Positions 17,051 through 25,785 of a DNA stretch of 37,773 bases are shown here, in pieces. The translations under genes and the position numbers were made by a program. Within the stretch, counting starts at the first letter, position 1. Each line of letters begins with the position of its first letter. The stretch is from a virus (Duplodnaviria > Caudoviricetes): IMG/VR virus record IMGVR_UViG_3300035660_000038, positions 1-37,773 of that record; one strand, written 5' to 3'. Below the pieces are notes generated by a model. That model did no database searches. It saw only the letters and a list, made by a program, of their open reading frames with translations, and was not told the origin of the DNA.

Positions 17051-17851
17051 ATAAAACCATATAAATTAGATAATGATGAAATTGTAAAATTATATAATAA
17101 TGGTAAATCTACGGAAAATATATCCAATATAATGAATGTTCCTAATGCTCATATAATTATAAGAGTTTTAAAGAAAAAAGAAATAAAAAGAAGGACAGCA
17201 GAAGAAGCAGCAGATTTACGTTGCAATATTAATATTGATATTGATAAAATGATTAATTTATATGAAAGTGGTAAACCGAGTACAGAGATAGCAAAAATAT
17301 TCAATACAACTTCCAGTACAATTTTAATTAAATTAAAAAAGAATAATATAAGAATAAAAAGTCCTAATGAATATCATACAAAAAGAAAACCATATACAGA
17401 AGAACAGAGAAAGAATTTAGTTAATAGACTTATGGGACATTCTGTTTCAAAGGAAACAAGACTTAAACTTAGTGAAGCAAGAATGGGAGAAAAAAATCCA
17501 ATGTATGGGAAAATTGTATCAGAGGAAACAAGAAGAAAATTAAGTAAAGTGCATAAAGGAGAAAAAAGTTATTTATGGAAAGGTGGAGTAACTTTATTTA
17601 GACATGGTTTAAGAACATGTTTTGAATATCGTCAATGGAGAAGTGATATTTTCACAAAAGATAATTTTACTTGTCAAGAATGTGGACAAATCGGTAAAAG
17701 ATTACACGCACATCATATAGAAGCTTTCTCTTCTATTATACAAAAATATGAGATTACAACTATACAAGAAGCATTAGAATGCGAAGAGTTATGGAATATC
17801 AATAATGGGATAACATTATGTGAAAAATGCCATAAAGAATTAAAGAGGTGA
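17051..17851 (+). CDS. Free-standing HNH homing endonuclease with HTH repeats and NUMOD3 motifs; probable ATA start at 17051
   Basis: HSVSKETRLKLS and VSEETRRKLS (NUMOD3); CQECG..LHAHH...NGITLCEKCH (HNH); frame open back to 17051. Confidence 0.85.
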   Translation: MKPYKLDNDEIVKLYNNGKSTENISNIMNVPNAHIIIRVLKKKEIKRRTAEEAADLRCNINIDIDKMINLYESGKPSTEIAKIFNTTSSTILIKLKKNNIRIKSPNEYHTKRKPYTEEQRKNLVNRLMGHSVSKETRLKLSEARMGEKNPMYGKIVSEETRRKLSKVHKGEKSYLWKGGVTLFRHGLRTCFEYRQWRSDIFTKDNFTCQECGQIGKRLHAHHIEAFSSIIQKYEITTIQEALECEELWNINNGITLCEKCHKELKR

Positions 17852-17863
17852 GGAAAATTGAGT

Positions 17864-18814
17864 ATGACAAAAACCCAAATGTTGGATATTTTAGAAAATA
17901 GTATCATAAGTCGCACAGACAAAAGTGTTTTGTGTTCTTTCGCATTAGATTGGGCACTTTCATACTTGGATCGCACGACAGCAGCGAGAGGTTTTGCCTT
18001 CTCTGATCTCAATCGTGAGGATATTACCTGTACTACGATTTCCTGTACCTTTGCCACTACCGATGTGAATGCTACCACGAATATCATAACCGTAAGTATT
18101 GATATACCGACAGGCACTAAAATAGTATTTACTGCTGGAGATGATACTGGTGATGTTGTTCCTGCTGGTCTTACTGCTTCTACCGATTATTGGGCAATAA
18201 GGCAAAGTTCTACTACGATTAAAGTAGCAGAATCTTATTTATTGGCATGGCAGGGAACAGCAATAGACATAACCGATACTGGTACAGGTACTCATACGGT
18301 AACTGCTTATCGAGAAAGATTAGCTAAACCAAGTGAGTGCAGATATATTTATAGTATAAGATTATTAGACGGGGCAGAAAGTAGAAAATTGATACCTATG
18401 CCTCCCAGAAGATTGGATTTATTTGAACCATTTGGAATACAGACTGCTCCTGCCAGAACGACTCACTACGTAGAATGGAAGGACTGGATTCAGTTATATC
18501 CCATTCCAGATGCTACTTACGTTATAAAGATAAGATATTATAAATGGCAAACTGCCTTTGCCGAAGGTGCTTCAACTGCTGAGATAGATTACATCGATGA
18601 CATTATTATCAAAGCTGCTGCCATACACGTGTGGACTATACTTGGTGAGCCAGAACAGGCAGCCATAATGGAAAGGGCAGTGGAAACTGATTTAATTAAA
18701 TGCGGTAAACTGGAAAAACTTAAACCCGACCTAGTGATAAAGCCAAATATGGGTAGTTATGCCAGAAGTGATGAAGATACTTGGAATGATCCATTTGTAA
18801 CCAGCCAGAGGTGA
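17864..18814 (+). CDS. Head-tail adaptor (tubular protein A/gp4-like) with inserted beta domain
   Basis: IQLYPIPDATY.IKIRYY and DDIII.AA pattern of adaptor proteins; position. Confidence 0.7.
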   Translation: MTKTQMLDILENSIISRTDKSVLCSFALDWALSYLDRTTAARGFAFSDLNREDITCTTISCTFATTDVNATTNIITVSIDIPTGTKIVFTAGDDTGDVVPAGLTASTDYWAIRQSSTTIKVAESYLLAWQGTAIDITDTGTGTHTVTAYRERLAKPSECRYIYSIRLLDGAESRKLIPMPPRRLDLFEPFGIQTAPARTTHYVEWKDWIQLYPIPDATYVIKIRYYKWQTAFAEGASTAEIDYIDDIIIKAAAIHVWTILGEPEQAAIMERAVETDLIKCGKLEKLKPDLVIKPNMGSYARSDEDTWNDPFVTSQR

Positions 18815-18820
18815 TATTAA

Positions 18821-19576
18821 TTGACTCAATATAAAGATAAAGATTATCTATATGATAATTATACAAATAAAAAATTAACTACATATCAAATTGCTAAATT
18901 ATATAATGTAACTGGTGAAGCAATTCAGTATTGGATGAAAAAATTTAATATCCCTTGTCGTTCAAAAAGTGAAGTAGTTCATTTAGCCAAAGGTAATCAT
19001 TGTATTTTATCACCAGAGGCAATTGAGTGGTTAAGTGGAGAATTACTTGGTGATGGAAGTTTAGGTTCGCAATCTAAATATTCAGCATTATTTCAATATT
19101 GTTCTAAATATCTTGAATATATAGAATATGTAAGAGATACACTTAAATCTTTTGGTATAAAACAATCTGGTAGAATACATAAACAATATCATAGAGATTA
19201 TGATAGTTATAGTTATTTTTATCGTTCTAAAGCTTATGTAGAATTATTACCTATCTATAAACAATGGTATCCAGAAGGTAAGAAGATAGTACCCAAAGAT
19301 ATTAAATTAACTTCATTGACCTTAAGACAATGGCACATTGGGGATGGATGTTTAAGACATAGAGAACATAGAAGACCATTTATAATATTATCTACTTATG
19401 GATTTATTGTTTCTGATGTAGAACAGTTAGTAAATAAGTTAAAAAATATTGGATTTATAATTAAAAGACAACCAAGTACAAATGTAATTCGAGTTACTCC
19501 ATATTCTACTAAAGAATTTCTTAATTATATTGGTAAATGCCCTGTGAATTGTTATCAGTATAAATGGGCATATTAG
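18821..19576 (+). CDS. Free-standing LAGLIDADG homing endonuclease with N-terminal HTH
   Basis: LSGELLGDGSL and LRQWHIGDGCL motifs, WYPEGKKIVP; TTG start. Confidence 0.9.
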   Translation: MTQYKDKDYLYDNYTNKKLTTYQIAKLYNVTGEAIQYWMKKFNIPCRSKSEVVHLAKGNHCILSPEAIEWLSGELLGDGSLGSQSKYSALFQYCSKYLEYIEYVRDTLKSFGIKQSGRIHKQYHRDYDSYSYFYRSKAYVELLPIYKQWYPEGKKIVPKDIKLTSLTLRQWHIGDGCLRHREHRRPFIILSTYGFIVSDVEQLVNKLKNIGFIIKRQPSTNVIRVTPYSTKEFLNYIGKCPVNCYQYKWAY

Positions 19577-19588
19577 AGAGGTATAATA

Positions 19589-20062
19589 ATGGGACATACT
19601 TTTTATCCTGTAACGAAAGCAGATAATCTATATAGTCCTTTATCCAATGTTACTTCTTCTGGAACATTGATAGAAGAAAAATTAACTTGGTTTATCATTA
19701 ATCCTTTATATGATACGTGGGATGAGTTTAATGACTACGGGAGAACACGTTGGTGCGATTGGTATTTTGCTGATTATGCCATAATTACTCCAAGTGGAAC
19801 TTATAACATTGTAACTAAAGAAGATAACTTATTTAACCAGGTTACAACTCCAGCATTAAATTACAGTGAAGTGAGTAATCCAAGTAAAACTTATACACTT
19901 GTAACTAAAGAAGATAATGCATTCGTTCAAGTCTCTACTCCAGTAGTAACTTTTACTGCTGTAACTAATCCAAGTAGAACTTTTAATGCTATAACTAAAG
20001 GAGATAATTCATTCAATCAGGTTACTGTTCCGACATCATCTTATAGTGAGGTAACTAAATAA
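19589..20062 (+). CDS. Virion protein with 10-aa tandem repeats
   Basis: [FY]xx[VI][TS] recurring every 10 residues in the C-terminal half. Confidence 0.8.
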   Translation: MGHTFYPVTKADNLYSPLSNVTSSGTLIEEKLTWFIINPLYDTWDEFNDYGRTRWCDWYFADYAIITPSGTYNIVTKEDNLFNQVTTPALNYSEVSNPSKTYTLVTKEDNAFVQVSTPVVTFTAVTNPSRTFNAITKGDNSFNQVTVPTSSYSEVTK

Positions 20063-20857
20063 ATGGCAATAGATATAGGTAGTGAGGCAACAGACCGTAC
20101 TTCTGGTGATACAAAAAATAACACTTACATTAGTTTAAACAATCCTGCTACCAGTAATGGTACAATTACTTCTATTGAAATATGGCCGACTGTCGGAGGT
20201 GGTGTTATATCTGGTTTTGAAGTAGCAATATTTTATTTAGTTAGTGGAAGTAATTATTCTACTCGTGATTATGAAGCAATTCCAGGAAACATAACCGCAG
20301 GGCAGAAATCGACGTTTACCGTTGACCTTGACATCCAAGTAGGAGATTTGATTGGATGCACTTGGACTGGTGGTGCGTCTGCTTCGATTGAATGTGATAA
20401 TACTGGTGGTAGTGGTATTTTATATGCTACTGGAAATGTAATCCCTTGCACTAATCAAGCATTTAGTGTTTTAAGGGCTGCTGGCATACATAGTCTTCAC
20501 GGTATAGGGGTAATGCTCCCCACAGTTACCACTCAAGCAGTTACTGATATATTAACAACTACTGCTACAGGTAATGGAAATATAACTGATACAGGTGGAG
20601 AGAATTGTACTAAACGAGGAATATGTTATAACATAACAGGAAATCCAACCGTAACAGATAGTAAAGTAGAAGAAACAGGTTCGTTTGGAACTGGTGCTTT
20701 TACGGAAAGTTTGATAAATTTAGATAATGAAAAAAAGTATTATGCTAAGGCATATACTTATAATAGTGTTGGTTATGCTTATGGTGCAGAAGTAGAATTT
20801 ACTACTCTTGGAGGAGGTTCTCCAGCAGCAACTCATAATTTTTTTGGTCATAATTGA
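20063..20857 (+). CDS. Surface protein: beta-sandwich plus C-terminal Fn3/Ig-like domain
   Basis: PTVTTQAVTDI..ATGNGNI..RGICY...YYAKAY..NSVGYAYG..VEFTT. Confidence 0.75.
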   Translation: MAIDIGSEATDRTSGDTKNNTYISLNNPATSNGTITSIEIWPTVGGGVISGFEVAIFYLVSGSNYSTRDYEAIPGNITAGQKSTFTVDLDIQVGDLIGCTWTGGASASIECDNTGGSGILYATGNVIPCTNQAFSVLRAAGIHSLHGIGVMLPTVTTQAVTDILTTTATGNGNITDTGGENCTKRGICYNITGNPTVTDSKVEETGSFGTGAFTESLINLDNEKKYYAKAYTYNSVGYAYGAEVEFTTLGGGSPAATHNFFGHN

Positions 20858-20869
20858 GGAGAAATAATA

Positions 20870-23395
20870 ATGGCAACAACGACAACAAATATTTCATTAA
20901 CAAAGCCAGATGCGACTGACACCTCACTTATCCGTGAGGATATAAATAGTAACTCCGATATAATAGACGGCAGATTTTCATCAACATATTTAGCTGTCCA
21001 ATCTAAAAGTGCAGTAAGTATTACAGGTGGAAATATCACAGGTATTACCGATTTACCCATTGCCGATGGTGGAACGGGTTCATCTACTGCAATACTTGCC
21101 AGAACTGCTTTAGGTTTAGAAATAGGAACTAATGTGCAGGCATACGATGCAGGACTTCTTTCTATTGCGGCACTTACTACTGCTGCCAACAAATCTATAT
21201 ACACAACTGCCTCCGATGTTTATGCCACTTATGACCTAACTGCTTTTGGAATGAGTATATTAGATGATGCCAATGAGGCAACTTTTAAGGCAACGGTTAA
21301 TCTTGAAATAGGGACAGATGTACAGGCATACGATGCTTCATTGACTTCCATTTCTGCTTTAACTTATGTATCAGGAAGTTATATTGCCTTAACTGCTGCC
21401 GATACTTATACAGTAAGAACTTATACACAAGTATTAAGTGATATTGGAGCTGCCAATTCAGGTGCTAATTCAAGTATAACTTCACTTACAGGACTGACCA
21501 CTCCATTAGCGGCAAACTATGGTGGAACTGGTATTGCTAATGCCGCTGGAGAAACAATAACTCTTACGGGCGGATTTGCACTTAATTTAACTTTAAGTGC
21601 AGCAACAGGTGTAACTTTGCCTACTTCGGGAACATTAGTTAATTCTGCTGTGGCAACCTTATCTTCTCTTACTTCTATTGGAACTATAACTACTGGTGGA
21701 CTTGGAACAGGTGCAGTTATTGCAGGGGTTACGATGACTTTAGGTTCTGACGTTAATTATGACCTTTATTATAGATCTTCAAATATTTTAACCAGACTTG
21801 CACCTAATACTGCCGCAAGTAATAAATTTTTACGAATGATAGGAACTGGGACTGCTGGTCAAGCACCTTCTTGGGAAGCATTAGGGGCAAGTGATATACC
21901 AGATATATCGGCAACTTATTCAGTAAAGGCTGGTAATACCAGTCTAGTTACATTGGGAACAGTAACTACTGGAACTTGGACTGCAACTACCATAAAAGCA
22001 AACTATCTACAAAATGCGGCAACCGATTTAGGTGCTGCCGATGTAAATGTTGTATTAAGTAATAGTAATGGTTCTTATGTTACCAACTTAACTACTGACG
22101 GAACTATAACTGCTACAGTTGGATTTGCAGGGGCATTAACTGGAAATGTAACTGGTAATGCTTCGGGAACTGCTGCGACAGTTACGGGTGCGGCACAAGC
22201 AGCAATTACTTCTCTCGGAACTTTAACTACTTTATCTATTGATAATTTAACACTTGATTTAAATACTATTTCATCTACTTCTGGAGATATAAATATTACT
22301 CCCGTTGCTGGAAGTAAAATAGTTTTAGATGGAACTGTGAATATAGATGCAGGAGTAATAACTTCTGTTACTTCTCTTAATGCTTTGACCCTAACTTCTG
22401 TTGCTACTGGATTTACCATTGCAGGTGGAACAAGTTCAAAGACTCTAACTATGGATGCTGATATAACTATATCTACTTTGATAAAATGCAGAAATAATGC
22501 TACCGCAGCACCAGCCGTAGGGGATGACAGTGATGATGGTTATGCAGTCAACTCTGTATGGTCTGATGTAACTGCTGATAAAAGTTATATTTGTGTAGAT
22601 TCTACTGTTGGTGCGGCAGTATGGAAAGAAATATCTCCTCTTAGTAAGGTAACTGCCAAAACTACTACAGCAACTTTAACTTTAGCAGAAGAAGGAGTAA
22701 TATTAGTAAGTGCTGCCGGTGGTGCTTATACGGTTACTTTACCGACGGCAGTAGGACATACTGGATTAACTTATCACTTTATTAAAACTGATGCAAATTA
22801 TACCTTAATAACTTTAGCCGCTAATGGTGCACAGACCTTTAATTATGAAAGTTCTACAGGTGCACCTGTTGCTACTTATGCACGATTAAATACTTATTGT
22901 GCAGAGGTAACTGTAGTTTCGGATGGGGCTAATTGGCAATGTATCAATGAAAGATTAGGGCAGGTGCCAGAATGTTGGGTATATTTATCTGCTGACCAAT
23001 TGAATCTTAGTTCGGGATTATTTACTTTAGTTACCTTAGACACCGAAAGTTATGATATTGGAAGTAATTTTAATACAAGTACTTATAAATTTGTAGCACC
23101 AATTCCTGGCAAATATCAAATATTGGGTGAAGTAGCTTGGTTAGGTGCAACTGTGGTAGCAGATAAAATATACGATGGAGCAATTTATAAAAATGGAGCA
23201 GCTATTGGATATACAAATGCACACAGTAGTAACACCCAGTATTTAAACAATTCAATCACTTTAGTTGATACCTTAGCCATTAATGACTTTATCCAATTAT
23301 ATGCTTATAATTATGCTGAGGTTAACACTGTTGACCTTGATGGTGGAATGGCATCAGTAACAAGAATGTTGGTAAAGTTGGTATCGAAAACTTAA
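20870..23395 (+). CDS. Tail fibre / receptor-binding protein with C-terminal C1q/TNF-like domain
   Basis: LEIGT.VQAYDA repeat x2, T/G/A-rich shaft; C-terminal V.LDTE.YDIGSNFN..TYKFVAPIPGKY. Confidence 0.85.
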   Translation: MATTTTNISLTKPDATDTSLIREDINSNSDIIDGRFSSTYLAVQSKSAVSITGGNITGITDLPIADGGTGSSTAILARTALGLEIGTNVQAYDAGLLSIAALTTAANKSIYTTASDVYATYDLTAFGMSILDDANEATFKATVNLEIGTDVQAYDASLTSISALTYVSGSYIALTAADTYTVRTYTQVLSDIGAANSGANSSITSLTGLTTPLAANYGGTGIANAAGETITLTGGFALNLTLSAATGVTLPTSGTLVNSAVATLSSLTSIGTITTGGLGTGAVIAGVTMTLGSDVNYDLYYRSSNILTRLAPNTAASNKFLRMIGTGTAGQAPSWEALGASDIPDISATYSVKAGNTSLVTLGTVTTGTWTATTIKANYLQNAATDLGAADVNVVLSNSNGSYVTNLTTDGTITATVGFAGALTGNVTGNASGTAATVTGAAQAAITSLGTLTTLSIDNLTLDLNTISSTSGDINITPVAGSKIVLDGTVNIDAGVITSVTSLNALTLTSVATGFTIAGGTSSKTLTMDADITISTLIKCRNNATAAPAVGDDSDDGYAVNSVWSDVTADKSYICVDSTVGAAVWKEISPLSKVTAKTTTATLTLAEEGVILVSAAGGAYTVTLPTAVGHTGLTYHFIKTDANYTLITLAANGAQTFNYESSTGAPVATYARLNTYCAEVTVVSDGANWQCINERLGQVPECWVYLSADQLNLSSGLFTLVTLDTESYDIGSNFNTSTYKFVAPIPGKYQILGEVAWLGATVVADKIYDGAIYKNGAAIGYTNAHSSNTQYLNNSITLVDTLAINDFIQLYAYNYAEVNTVDLDGGMASVTRMLVKLVSKT

Positions 23396-23422
23396 ATGCA
23401 AATAAGTAAGGAGACGATATAT

Positions 23423-23776
23423 ATGAAGAAGATTATTCTAATAATTTTAGCAGTATTAATATTTAGTGGAATTGGTTATGCTCAAAAGATTGAATTAACC
23501 GAAAGGGAGTTGCTTATTCAGTTGAATGAGAAGGTAACTTATATTAATGAAAGTGTATCAAGAATTGAAAATAATCTTGTTACAACTACAAATAAAGCAA
23601 ATATTTTAGAGGGTAGAGTAACTGTAACCGAACAAAGTTTATTATCTATTTGTGATAGGATTAAAGGTTTAACGGAAAGTTGGAGCTGGATTGTAAGACT
23701 CTTTGCAACGGTTATTGTTGGTATATTCTTAAAGGGGATTTATGATTTTAGAAAAGCGAATCATAAAAATAATTAA
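23423..23776 (+). CDS. Exported coiled-coil protein with C-terminal TM anchor (lysis cluster)
   Basis: Signal-like MKKIILIILAVLIFSGIGYA, heptads, C-terminal hydrophobic helix. Confidence 0.7.
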   Translation: MKKIILIILAVLIFSGIGYAQKIELTERELLIQLNEKVTYINESVSRIENNLVTTTNKANILEGRVTVTEQSLLSICDRIKGLTESWSWIVRLFATVIVGIFLKGIYDFRKANHKNN

Positions 23777-24011
23777 ATCTCTAGACCGAGTAATGGACTC
23801 TTGGGATAAATTAACTATTAGACGAACTTTATTGATTTTTTATAGTATTCTTATAGTTATGCAGACTATAATTACGACTTTATTCTGGATATTCAATAAA
23901 GATATTTCAGAAACTTGGTTAGGAATTATGACCATCGAATATGGTATATGGGCTACCATGATAGGATTCTACTTCGCCGAAAGGCGAAAAAATAATAATA
24001 GAGGTGAATAA
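23742..24011 (+). CDS. Putative holin (2 TM, basic C-terminus)
   Basis: Two hydrophobic helices; GFYFAERRK tail. Confidence 0.6.
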   Translation: MILEKRIIKIIKSLDRVMDSWDKLTIRRTLLIFYSILIVMQTIITTLFWIFNKDISETWLGIMTIEYGIWATMIGFYFAERRKNNNRGE

Positions 24012-24013
24012 TT

Positions 24014-24349
24014 ATGTTTGTTATTAGTTTAATATTAGGAGTAGCAGTTCTTTGGTTAGTATTAAAAAGTTTAAGGAGTTCGGTGAAGGATAAGAAGGAC
24101 GTAGTTCAAGATGGAATTGTATGCGATGGTTCTTATACCGTACATTACAAGAAATGGGGTTGGACGAATTGTCCTGAAAACCGACAAGAAGCAGGAACTT
24201 ACTGGACAAATCGTGTTGACGGTAGAACATTTTATTTGGGTATTACTACAAGCAATGCTATAGGAACTTATGGTAGTCCTTGTCCAAAAACTTATATTAA
24301 AGAAGTTACACAAAGACCACCTAAGGGAACATGTGCAGAAGTAAAATAA
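24014..24349 (+). CDS. Membrane-anchored protein with 4 Cys
   Basis: N-terminal TM; SD GAGGTGA. Confidence 0.75.
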   Translation: MFVISLILGVAVLWLVLKSLRSSVKDKKDVVQDGIVCDGSYTVHYKKWGWTNCPENRQEAGTYWTNRVDGRTFYLGITTSNAIGTYGSPCPKTYIKEVTQRPPKGTCAEVK

Positions 24350-24372
24350 ATAAAGAAAGGAAATAATAAATA

Positions 24373-24525
24373 ATGTCAACATTAAAATTAGTATATAACA
24401 TAGTATCTGTTATATCTATTGTATTCTTTATCTTTCATCCCAAAGATGTATTAGGTTTTTGGGTGGTAAAAATAAAGACGGTTATATTGGGAATTTGGAA
24501 ATTGATTAAAAGGGTAAAGAAATGA
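24373..24525 (+). CDS. 50-aa membrane peptide (MSTLKLVYNIV...)
   Basis: Read manually; ATGA overlap with next gene. Confidence 0.6.
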   Translation: MSTLKLVYNIVSVISIVFFIFHPKDVLGFWVVKIKTVILGIWKLIKRVKK

Positions 24526-25280
24526 AAACATTAAAATTAATTGTAATTGTTATCTTAATAGGATTACTTGCTTTTGGAGTCTGGAGAGGATATAAGTGGT
24601 ATGATAATTGGGTAGATAACAAATTTAGTGAGATAGAATTTTTGAAAAGAAATCAGGATATTACTATACAGAAAATTACTGATTTATCAACAGTCTTAAC
24701 TAAAGTAGTAAATGAGACTGCCAAAGTAACTACTGTTCCAAAGGTAGATGCAAATTATGAAAGTCTGAAGGAGCAGGTCATCGAACTTAAGAAAAATGAA
24801 AATGCAAATAAAGACGAGATTAAAGTATTAAAGGAAAAACTATCTGAACAAAGGCAAGCATTTTTGGCAAGTGATGATACTTTACTCATTAAAACTACTA
24901 ATGATGAAACTTTATTACTCTATCGAGATACAGAAGGAAAGTTACAACCTGCTTCAGATAATATAGAAAAAATAATTGAGCACAAGGATATATCTGAAGT
25001 TCCTGTAACTATAGAAGAAGCAAAATTTAAGAAAAATAACTGGAATTTGAAAGCAGGGGGATTTTATTCCTTTGATAAAACATACGGAATAATTATCTCC
25101 AAAGGAATAATTACTGTAAAAGATTACAGTCTTAACGTTGGTATTTTAATTAATGACTTTGAAGATTTCAAATTAATTGCTGGTGCAGATGTGGGTTATT
25201 CCATAAAAGATAATCTTGAGATTGGTATAGGTTATAATACAGAAAAAGAGATTTATTTGAAATTACAATATACATTCTGA
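24522..25280 (+). CDS. TM + coiled coil + C-terminal outer-membrane-type beta strands; spanin candidate
   Basis: N-terminal TM, long heptad region, ~6 amphipathic strands ending YLKLQYTF-COOH. Confidence 0.65.
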   Translation: MKTLKLIVIVILIGLLAFGVWRGYKWYDNWVDNKFSEIEFLKRNQDITIQKITDLSTVLTKVVNETAKVTTVPKVDANYESLKEQVIELKKNENANKDEIKVLKEKLSEQRQAFLASDDTLLIKTTNDETLLLYRDTEGKLQPASDNIEKIIEHKDISEVPVTIEEAKFKKNNWNLKAGGFYSFDKTYGIIISKGIITVKDYSLNVGILINDFEDFKLIAGADVGYSIKDNLEIGIGYNTEKEIYLKLQYTF

Positions 25281-25292
25281 AGGAGAACAATT

Positions 25293-25757
25293 GTGCACAA
25301 CAACAAAGAATATATGAAGGAGTATTTTAAAAAATACCCAGAGAAAAAGAAAGCAGCTCGTAAAAAATATTATGAAAACCATAAAGATCTTTGCAAGGAA
25401 AAAGTAAAAATATGGCATGATAATAATGTAGATAGTATAAATAAATACCATAGAGAATATAATAAGAATAGATACAATAAATTTAGAATTGCTGTATTTA
25501 ATCTTCTTTCCAACAATAATCCTCATTGTGTTAGATGTAATTGTGATGATATTAGACTTTTGGAAATCAACCATAAAAATGGTGGTGGAAAAAAAGAAAT
25601 CAGAAATTCTATCAAATTTTATAATGATATTCTTTCAGAAATAAGAAAAACTGATGATATTGAATTACTTTGTAAGGTTTGTAATAGTTGGCATTATTTA
25701 GAATTAAAATATGGAGAGTTACCTTATAAGATTTCTTATGATAAAATATTAATATAA
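25293..25757 (+). CDS. HNH-like endonuclease
   Basis: Basic helical N-terminus; CVRC...LEINHKNGGG...LLCKVCN; GTG start. Confidence 0.8.
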   Translation: MHNNKEYMKEYFKKYPEKKKAARKKYYENHKDLCKEKVKIWHDNNVDSINKYHREYNKNRYNKFRIAVFNLLSNNNPHCVRCNCDDIRLLEINHKNGGGKKEIRNSIKFYNDILSEIRKTDDIELLCKVCNSWHYLELKYGELPYKISYDKILI

Positions 25758-25785
25758 ATTGAATTATGATAAAAAGGAGTTAATT

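Noticed and set aside
18621-18636. Another CACGTG core as a parS
   Set aside because: Flanks CCATA/TGGAC do not match TGTTN/RAACA; lies in coding sequence
17051-19576. Group I introns or inteins hosting the endonucleases
   Set aside because: Flanking genes are complete with their own SD and stop; intergenic gaps are too short for ribozyme cores
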